A stretch of DNA of 33,727 nucleotides, taken from NCBI GenBank assembly GCA_038044985.1, contig JBBSYY010000058.1, forward strand, positions 1 to 33,727, written 5' to 3'. Source of the DNA: Nanobdellota archaeon. Its GTDB lineage: Archaea; Nanobdellota; Nanobdellia; Pacearchaeales; GW2011-AR1. The translations under genes and the position numbers were made by a program. How positions within the stretch are numbered: the stretch's first letter is position 1; every line of letters starts with the position of its first letter. Of this stretch, positions 26,707 through 33,727 are shown in pieces. The notes under the pieces were generated by a model, which searched no databases, had not been told where the DNA came from, and saw only the letters and a list, made by a program, of their open reading frames with translations.

Positions 26707-26730
26707 ATTTGTACTAATCAGGTGTCTAAA

Positions 26731-26898
26731 GCGACCTCCTCCATGACCTAAAGATCGTGGCTTCCTGCGCGATGAACTGATCTTTAATTTCAAATAAATT
26801 TATTAATAATAAATAAAAGAAATAATTAGCGAGAAAAAGTAAGAAGCAATTCATCCTCATATTAAAGTATGATGGATTTCTTGCTTAGAGATTAATAA
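26731..26898 (-). mobile_element. Non-autonomous IS200/IS605-derived element (PATE-like), copy B
   Basis: Reverse complement of 5783-5950 with about ten substitutions. Confidence 0.75.
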
Positions 26899-27641
26899 TT
26901 AACACCCTCGATCAACTCATAAGGGCTTTTTTTGGTTATTATAAATCTTGAGCCCGCATGTTCTGAAACAACTGCAGAGATTAGTAAAGAGCTTACTGCC
27001 GCATTTAAAATCCCTTCTGACACTGGAATTTTAGCGTTTTTTGAAAAATAATCAATAACATTTCTTATTTCAGGTTCATTTAATGTTATTCTCGTTAGAT
27101 TAATTTTATTCCTTACTTTAACTAATAGATTTTTTCCAGATCCAGGACACTCTATCATTTGTACAGCTAAATCCTTAATTAAGAAATCTAGTTTTTTTAA
27201 AGAATCTGATTCTATAATCGGTTGTTGGGTCTGATAAGCTGGTGCTCTGTTTTGAAAGAATTGTTGAGTTGGCTGTTGCTTTGTTTTTTGTTGTAATGCT
27301 AGTTTTAATTTTGGTTTTGGTTGTAAACTTGGCTTTATGACGCGATTGGTGGATGAACTAATAGAAGTTTTGGCTGGAAAAAAACTTTTTTGGTATTGTT
27401 CTGGTTGTTGAACAAAGGATTTAAGAATCGGTTGTCTAGGGAATTTTTCAAATTCTGTATCAAAAATAATCCTGCTAAATTCCAGGGGTGTGCTTTCCGG
27501 CTTGATATACTTTCTCCTTATTTTTTCTATTTCTATTATCCTCTTTAATTCTTCGTCTTTTATCGAATTTACCATCAACTGAAAAGTAAATTCCTTAAGA
27601 AATGAAATTATTTGAACATCCGTTAAATATTTTAGCGACAT
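26892..27641 (-). CDS. Hypothetical protein: Q/P-rich linker plus a domain resembling the N-terminal part of type II/IV secretion ATPases
   Basis: LDFLIKDLAVQMIECPG...LNEPEIRNVIDYFS...IP....ILNA. No Walker motifs. Confidence 0.6.
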   Translation of the reverse strand: MSLKYLTDVQIISFLKEFTFQLMVNSIKDEELKRIIEIEKIRRKYIKPESTPLEFSRIIFDTEFEKFPRQPILKSFVQQPEQYQKSFFPAKTSISSSTNRVIKPSLQPKPKLKLALQQKTKQQPTQQFFQNRAPAYQTQQPIIESDSLKKLDFLIKDLAVQMIECPGSGKNLLVKVRNKINLTRITLNEPEIRNVIDYFSKNAKIPVSEGILNAAVSSLLISAVVSEHAGSRFIITKKSPYELIEGVNY

Positions 27642-27795
27642 TTTTATAGTTCTTAATGCTAATTTTAATTTATTATTAATTCTTTTTATTATTTAAGTGT
27701 AAGTTTTTTTACTCTCTAAAGCAAGCCTGCCCCTTAAAACAAGACCTAATAAATATCTAATAAATTACCTAAATAGTTTTAATAATTATAAAAAT

Positions 27796-28149
27796 TTATT
27801 CTGAAATAGGTCTTGTAAATCCTCTATATGGCATTATTGGAGGTTGCATTCTATTCCTTACTCTATCTTCCATTAACATAATACCTTTAGAAATAACTTT
27901 GTTTTGTTCAAGCAAAGAATCTAGTTTTTTAAGAAACTCTTGGTCAATTTCAGGGTTTTTTCCTGGCTTCTCTGCAAGACTTTTAGCTGAAAGTTCAAAT
28001 AACTGCAATAACTTAGAAATATTATTAGAAAGATCCTCAAATTTAACTGCTAAATTTGTTAAAACTTTTTGTAAATTAATAAAGTTATCAAGTAATACTT
28101 GGTTAATGTCAACTGTTTGTTTTGTAGATTTATTTAGTTTTGAGGACAT
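27796..28149 (-). CDS. Hypothetical coiled-coil protein
   Basis: Heptad-rich sequence NFINLQKVLTNL...ISKLLQLFELSAK...LLEQNKVISKG. Confidence 0.7.
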   Translation of the reverse strand: MSSKLNKSTKQTVDINQVLLDNFINLQKVLTNLAVKFEDLSNNISKLLQLFELSAKSLAEKPGKNPEIDQEFLKKLDSLLEQNKVISKGIMLMEDRVRNRMQPPIMPYRGFTRPISE

Positions 28150-28480
28150 TTTTTAATTTATTGTTGTTTAATTTTTTAGCTTATAGCTTTTATTAATTAA
28201 ATAACCTAACCGCTCTTGCTCTTGTGATTCTTAAGCCCATCATTTAATTTCTTATTGATTAGTTTTATTATTAATAAAACATTAGAAGTTTATTCTATCG
28301 GCCCTTTAAAAAATTTGGCTTAAATGAATATAGGTTTATTAATTATTAATTTCCTCCTTTTTAATTATAAGTTTATTAAGAAAACCTAATTTATAAATAT
28401 TGGGGTTTTTAGATAGTGTCTAATAATCCTTTTTTGACTTTGAAATCAGCAAATTTAGATAAACTCTTTAATTTTTATAT

Positions 28481-28649
28481 ATCACCAACTTTTTACGTAT
28501 ACCTCGGACTAAAGTCCGAGGTTTGTTCTAAAGACTTCAATTCGTTAGAGTTGAACGTATCAGAGAACTTTGTTCTCTGAGTTGGGGAGACAGAAAACAA
28601 ACGACTGCAATTACTCCAGTTTAAAAACTGGAGTTTGTTTTCTGTATCA
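28481..28649. repeat. Multi-hairpin repeat family 1 (duplicate of 20536-20704)
   Basis: Lies inside the duplicated block. Confidence 0.88.
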
Positions 28650-28933
28650 GAACTTTTTGCATCTTTGAAGTTTCTGAGCCAAAAATTTCTAACAATTTTT
28701 TAAAATAAATTTTGGTATTAATAACTAAAAAATTTATGATACTACTAATTTAAACTTTTGAGATTATTAGCAGAAACATCAGTTCTTATTTTTTAGACAG
28801 GCCCAGGTTTTTAAGGTTGTTAGAAAGATAGGTGAACGGTTAAATATTTAAAGAAAATTAACGGTATGTTATCTTCATAATTTAAATTTAATTAATTTAA
28901 TCAGATATATAAAGGACTTTTTTTATTTATAAG

Positions 28934-29704
28934 ATGGCATCAATATCACTAATCCAAGCAATTATCTTAAGTATAGTTCAAGGAATAACAGAATGGATCC
29001 CCGTTAGCAGTTCAGGGCACTTAATTTTATTTCAAGAATTGCTTGGTTTTCAAGATTCTCAAATACCTTATTATGTTTTTTTGCATTTGGCCAGCGTTTT
29101 TGCTATTATTGTTTTTTTCTGGAAAGATATTTTGGATTTTTTAAAATTAGATAGTAAGAATCTAGAATATTTAGGTTATTTAATTATAGCTACAATTCCA
29201 GTAGCAATTTTTGGATTTTTTTTTGCAACTAAAATAGAAGAACTATTTTCAAACATGTTTTTTCTAGGATTATTTTTTATTTTTTCAGGAATAATAGTAT
29301 ATTCTACAAAATTTAGTGTTGAAAAAAAAGAAAAAATTAATTCTTTTGACTCTATTTTTATTGGTTTGTTTCAGGCTTTAGCTGTTTTGCCAGGAGTTTC
29401 GAGAATTGGAATGACAATAAGCTCTGCATTATTTAGAGGTTTAAGCAAGAATGCGGCGGTAAAATTTTCTTTTTTAATGGCAATTCCCGTAATTCTAGGA
29501 GCTTTTGTTCTTCAGGCAAAAAGTATAATTATTTCTGAAATTAGTTATTCTTTATTAATAATTAGTTTTATAATTACTTTTTTAGTTAGTTTGATTACCA
29601 TAAAATTAGTTATTAAAATAATCAAAAGTGAGAAATTCTATTGGTTTGGAGTTTATGATATTTTATTAGGAGTTTTGGTGTTGGTGTGGAGTTTTTTTAG
29701 GTAG
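28934..29704 (+). CDS. uppP: Undecaprenyl-diphosphate phosphatase (duplicate)
   Basis: Identical translation to 20989-21759. Confidence 0.93.
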   Translation: MASISLIQAIILSIVQGITEWIPVSSSGHLILFQELLGFQDSQIPYYVFLHLASVFAIIVFFWKDILDFLKLDSKNLEYLGYLIIATIPVAIFGFFFATKIEELFSNMFFLGLFFIFSGIIVYSTKFSVEKKEKINSFDSIFIGLFQALAVLPGVSRIGMTISSALFRGLSKNAAVKFSFLMAIPVILGAFVLQAKSIIISEISYSLLIISFIITFLVSLITIKLVIKIIKSEKFYWFGVYDILLGVLVLVWSFFR

Positions 29705-29777
29705 AAGTTCTATTTAGGATTTTTCTCTGGAATTTTAAGTAAAATTTTTGATTAATGATTTTTGTCTGTAATAAAAA

Positions 29778-29848
29778 TGGGCGCGGAGGGAATTGAACCC
29801 TCATCTCAAGCTCTGGAGGCTCGCATTCTGCCATTGAACTACACACCC
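29778..29848 (-). tRNA. tRNA-Trp(CCA) (duplicate)
   Basis: Same sequence as 21833-21903. Confidence 0.9.
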
Positions 29849-29935
29849 TCAAAAGACCTAAAGAAACTACATTTTAAAGGTTTTTGGATATATAAAATCC
29901 GCAAGTTATATAAACAGTAATTACTAATAATTGTA

Positions 29936-30073
29936 ATGGATCAAGAAACAATTACTATAACAAAAGAAGAATTTGAAAAACTGAAGAAGAAATCAGAGAT
30001 AGCTGATGATGCTATTGTTCAGTTGAAATTAAGTCTTGAAGATATGAAATGTGGGAGAGTTAGCAAGTTTTAA
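29936..30073 (+). CDS. Putative antitoxin, 45 aa (duplicate)
   Basis: Same sequence as 21991-22128. Confidence 0.72.
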   Translation: MDQETITITKEEFEKLKKKSEIADDAIVQLKLSLEDMKCGRVSKF

Positions 30074-30375
30074 ATATTTCTTAATAAATCAAAAAACTCA
30101 TCTTTATTATCTATTATGAAATCTATACTTTTTTGCTGGTCTTTCTTAGAAGCAAAAGATACAAGTAAAATTTTCTTTCTTTGTTCGTCTACTAAAAAAT
30201 AAAGCCTTTTGTTTAGGTATTTCTTTTCTCTAAACCAACTAAATCGTAGTGGTTTGCCCGTAACAGATTCGTCCAGGTTTTCCTTTATCTTTTTAATCCA
30301 ATTTTGTTCATTTCTATCTAATGTTTCAAATAATTTTTTAAAAGAATCGGTTTTATAAACCCCATAATTTTTCAT
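30070..30375 (-). CDS. RelE/ParE-like toxin (duplicate)
   Basis: Same sequence as 22125-22430. Confidence 0.7.
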   Translation of the reverse strand: MKNYGVYKTDSFKKLFETLDRNEQNWIKKIKENLDESVTGKPLRFSWFREKKYLNKRLYFLVDEQRKKILLVSFASKKDQQKSIDFIIDNKDEFFDLLRNI

Positions 30376-30376
30376 T

Positions 30377-31054
30377 TTACATCCCACTCATTTCTTCAAC
30401 TTCTCTCTCTGAAATAGAACAGCCATTAAACTTTAGTCCATATAAAATTGCTTCTAAAGCGCTAGGAGATTTCAAATCAACTAAATTATTTTTATAAGCA
30501 ATATAAGCAATTTCTACTGATCTTATTATTTTGAAATGTTTAAAAAAATCATAATTGGCTCTATTAGCCTTAATATTACTATGAAGTTTTTTTTCTAAAA
30601 GTTTTCTTAAATTTTCTGGATTTTCGCATAACATTCTAGTTGTTCTCTCATCAATAGCTAAAGGTATATTAACGCCGGTTTTAGCTTTTATTATTATAGA
30701 AAGAGATAAAGCAGCCGCTTCTCCTTTATCTATTAAATGAATGTCGGTTCCTTTTACTTTAAAAGTTGAATTAGCTATTTGCATTAAATTATCCCTGATT
30801 TCTCTTAATTCATTAACATCATTTTTCTTTAAATCTGCATGTTTTATCACTCCTTTTTTAAACAAAGCCTCTAATCTTAAAGCTCCTAATTCAAATCTTT
30901 TAATAGTCTTGGGGTCGTCAATTACTTCTTTTCTAACTTCTTTAGTTATTAAAAACTCTACTTTAAATTTTTTATGCAGAGATTCCAATAAATAAAGCAG
31001 TCCATTCATTGAAAAATTAATTAAGGGACCTGAATCAAATATTAGGTATTTCAT
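30377..31054 (-). CDS. PIN-domain protein (duplicate)
   Basis: Identical translation to 22432-23109. Confidence 0.78.
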   Translation of the reverse strand: MKYLIFDSGPLINFSMNGLLYLLESLHKKFKVEFLITKEVRKEVIDDPKTIKRFELGALRLEALFKKGVIKHADLKKNDVNELREIRDNLMQIANSTFKVKGTDIHLIDKGEAAALSLSIIIKAKTGVNIPLAIDERTTRMLCENPENLRKLLEKKLHSNIKANRANYDFFKHFKIIRSVEIAYIAYKNNLVDLKSPSALEAILYGLKFNGCSISEREVEEMSGM

Positions 31055-31100
31055 TTTTATTTTTGCCTTTTTTATTTATTAAATCACAAAACTTAGATTG

Positions 31101-31257
31101 TACCGCACCTTTTAAGGTGCGGTTTGTTTTGGTTTTGGGATTCCCAAAACCAGAGAAAACTTGAAAAGTTTTCTTGGCCGAGAAAATTTTATAATAAGAA
31201 ATTTTCTCTGGAAATCCGCATAAAAAGATAACTGCAACATAAATGTTGCGGATTTTT
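31101..31257. repeat. Multi-hairpin chain family 2 (duplicate)
   Basis: Same sequence as 23156-23312. Confidence 0.82.
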
Positions 31258-31339
31258 TTAAGGATTAAAGATTATTTTTGATGAACAATTTATTTACCAT
31301 ATAAATAATGTAGATTCTGCTTATTGAGAATAGAGGTTT

Positions 31340-31909
31340 TCACCCAAAAATCCCTTCAGCAATTTTTATTCTTTCTTTGATTGGCATTGTCACAGCTAAA
31401 TTAATGTCCGCGATACCAGTTCTTCCAGTATATTCTGATAATTCCCATAAACTAATTCCTAGAATTTTGGCTGTTTTTTCCATAGAAATACCATGCTCAT
31501 AAATTCTAGAAGCTTTGTTAATTTTTGCCTTTCTAAAAACATCATTTATAAAAATCTTTAACCTTCCAGATAATCCTTCAATTAATTTTCTGATTGACTC
31601 AACCTCTAGATGAAACTTTTCAAAATCTTTATTTTTCAGGGCTATAATCATGCTTTCTATATTTTTCCTATAATTATTATAAAAGCCGCTCCAATTTTTT
31701 TCTGTTTTATAAACTTCTCTTTCAATTAACTTGCTTAAAGCGTATATTATTACAGTTATAGATATTACATCAGGATCCTGATGAATTGATGCATGATGTA
31801 TAACTCTGTTACTTAAACCTTTAATCCTAATATAATCTTTTTCCCCTAAAGCTTCTCTAACTTTTATAAGGATATCAAGAATATGCTCTCTTTCTTCTAT
31901 TTTAATCAC
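31340..31909 (-). CDS. HTH/UPF0175-like protein (duplicate)
   Basis: Identical translation to 23395-23964. Confidence 0.68.
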   Translation of the reverse strand: MIKIEEREHILDILIKVREALGEKDYIRIKGLSNRVIHHASIHQDPDVISITVIIYALSKLIEREVYKTEKNWSGFYNNYRKNIESMIIALKNKDFEKFHLEVESIRKLIEGLSGRLKIFINDVFRKAKINKASRIYEHGISMEKTAKILGISLWELSEYTGRTGIADINLAVTMPIKERIKIAEGIFG

Positions 31910-31997
31910 CTCCTTATAGAAAAGGAATAAGCCTTATTTAAATATTATTCTTTATATAAATATTTAAAAAGATGGTTTGATATATTAAATTATAGAA

Positions 31998-32267
31998 GTG
32001 ATTCCTTCAGAAAAAGAGAATTCTTTAGAAAAAGAAATAGATGCTTTTATGGAAAAATTACCATCAATGTTAAAAGATCATGAAGGAAAATACGCTGTTT
32101 TTAAGGGAAACGACCGTTTAGGATTTTGGGATTCATACGAGTCTGCTTTACAAGAAGGTTATGAAAAATTAGGACTCGTTCCTTCTTTAATTAGAAAAGT
32201 AAATAGAGAGTATGAGATTTTTGGAAGGTATGGAAAACCACTTAATCTTTATTTTCTTTCTGCTTAA
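31998..32267 (+). CDS. DUF5678-like protein (duplicate)
   Basis: Identical translation to 24053-24322. Confidence 0.58.
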   Translation: MIPSEKENSLEKEIDAFMEKLPSMLKDHEGKYAVFKGNDRLGFWDSYESALQEGYEKLGLVPSLIRKVNREYEIFGRYGKPLNLYFLSA

Positions 32268-32570
32268 TTAATTACAATTAACAAAATACCTTTTTATAGA
32301 TCATCTTTATTAAAAGTATATTATAAGAGAGTTTTAAAAAGTTAATAACATTATAGAACTTAAGATAAACTGGTCTGTATTAATTTAATAAGTTGTTTTA
32401 GATTAATAAATGAACATCCCAGCAATAAAAGTCATATAGTGGTTATAGTCTATTAAAAATCAGCGAGAACTGCTCTCTAAAGCCCCAATCAATTTAAGTT
32501 ACTAATATTAACTATCTAAAGAGTATAGATTTATTAAAAACAATTAAATAAAAGAAACCAAGATTTTAAA

Positions 32571-32948
32571 ATGAAAATAATCCTAGACACAAACTTTTTG
32601 ATTTATTGTGCGAAAGAGAAACTAGACTATAACGAAGAAATTCAGAATTTGATTAATGAGAGATATGAATTAGTTGTGCCTGAACAAGTTGTTGAAGAAC
32701 TAAAAAGACTGGCTAAAAAAACAAAAAAATGGAGTGATAAAGAAGCTTCTAATTTAGCCTTACAATTATTGGGAAAAAATAAAATCAAAATAATTGACGT
32801 AAATGGTAAAAAAGTTGATGATGTTATTATTAATCTTGCAAAAGAAAATCCTAAAAATATCGTTTGTACATTAGATAGAGAGATGAGAAAAGAACTTCCT
32901 AGAGTAATTTTATTGAATAGAAACAAAAAATTGATTTTGACAAGGTAG
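32571..32948 (+). CDS. PIN-domain protein, Fcf1-like (duplicate)
   Basis: Identical translation to 24626-25003. Confidence 0.85.
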   Translation: MKIILDTNFLIYCAKEKLDYNEEIQNLINERYELVVPEQVVEELKRLAKKTKKWSDKEASNLALQLLGKNKIKIIDVNGKKVDDVIINLAKENPKNIVCTLDREMRKELPRVILLNRNKKLILTR

Positions 32949-33016
32949 TTTTTTATTATTAATAATGCAATTAGTTAAAACGTCATCGTTAAATTATTTG
33001 TAGATCAATTATATCA

Positions 33017-33310
33017 TTAGTCATTTACATATTTTCTAAAGATTCTTGGTTTTACCTCCACTACTTCAAAATTACCTTCACAAGGTAGATATTTACAAAT
33101 CTCAACCCCAAATGTTTCATAAGTAAAATAATTGCTTAAAGTTAACATTCCAAACTTTCTTAGTTCTGTAATAATACCTTTAATTAAATTATTCTTATAA
33201 GATCTAACAACTATCGATAAGTTTCTATTTGGGATTTCTATTATGTCATTTCCTATTTCTAATTCCCCTAATTTCTTCAAAAATTTCAAAAACCCACCCT
33301 CCGTCTTCAT
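33017..33310 (-). CDS. Hypothetical protein (duplicate)
   Basis: Identical translation to 25072-25365. Confidence 0.5.
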   Translation of the reverse strand: MKTEGGFLKFLKKLGELEIGNDIIEIPNRNLSIVVRSYKNNLIKGIITELRKFGMLTLSNYFTYETFGVEICKYLPCEGNFEVVEVKPRIFRKYVND

Positions 33311-33480
33311 TAAAATTTATTTTGCTTACTAATCCGAAATTCCCATTATCCAACTCATGAATGAAATGGGGATTAAATTTTTTTATGTTGTAAGTTTCTT
33401 TATACATTTTATTTAATAATTATCTACCTTTTAAAAAACTTTTCAATAACCTTTAAAAACCTCCTTTTTTTAGTAGTTTT

Positions 33481-33727
33481 ATGTTTTATATAGTTGAGGT
33501 TGAAGATTATATTCGAGTAGAGCCTAAATTATTTGGACTTATAACTAGCGATGCTGTTGCAAAACAACTGCAAGAAATATACGTTAATTATCATGATAAA
33601 GAAATTGGAGAGGTTATTGGAGTAATTTCAGTTCTAGAAGTTGGTAAAGGTATAATAATCCCGGGAGATGGCGCCGCTTATTATAATTCAAAATTTAAAT
33701 TAATTGTCTGGAAACCAGAACTTCAAG
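33481..33727 (+). CDS. rpo7: RNA polymerase subunit E' (duplicate, cut by window end)
   Basis: Same sequence as 25536-25782. Confidence 0.9.
   Translation, partial: MFYIVEVEDYIRVEPKLFGLITSDAVAKQLQEIYVNYHDKEIGEVIGVISVLEVGKGIIIPGDGAAYYNSKFKLIVWKPELQ

Larger units (their letters stand above)
28410..33727 (+). repeat. Second copy of the duplication, running to the window end
   Basis: Begins TAGATAGTGTCTAATAA as at 20465. The upstream flanks differ. Confidence 0.97.

Noticed and set aside
28193-28243. 16-aa Arg-rich minus-strand ORF MMGLRITRARAVRLFN
   Set aside because: It is too short and does not match the L41e pattern or any family I know.

Overview
AT-rich archaeal chromosome fragment. Gene content and style suggest a DPANN archaeon (Pacearchaeota/Woesearchaeota-like); this is inference only. 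Core genes are nth, cyaB-like, dtdA, rpl15e, nfi, lig, tbp, mcm, RPA, aIF2-beta, aIF1A, Dim2/PNO1, ftsZ2, uppP, rpoE' and spt4. tRNA genes are Ser-GCT, Ile-GAT, Asn-GTT and Trp-CCA (two copies). Bases 28410-33727 repeat 20465-25782 at an offset of 7945 bp, which is either a tandem duplication or, more likely, a misassembly at a repeat. Beyond the ORF track I found five things. (1) A ~165-bp non-autonomous IS200/IS605-type element in two inverted copies. (2) Non-coding chains of 4-5 abutting hairpins, in two sequence families that share architecture. (3) A RelE-like toxin and an unannotated 45-aa antitoxin-like gene arranged tail-to-tail, inside a cluster of TA-like genes next to tRNA-Trp. (4) A 20-bp motif repeated exactly 11.4 kb apart. 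(5) Several decayed accessory genes (HNH remnant, DUF3096, Nudix, NDT-like) plus a missed DUF5679 zinc-finger microprotein. All family calls come from motif recognition by eye, not database searches.
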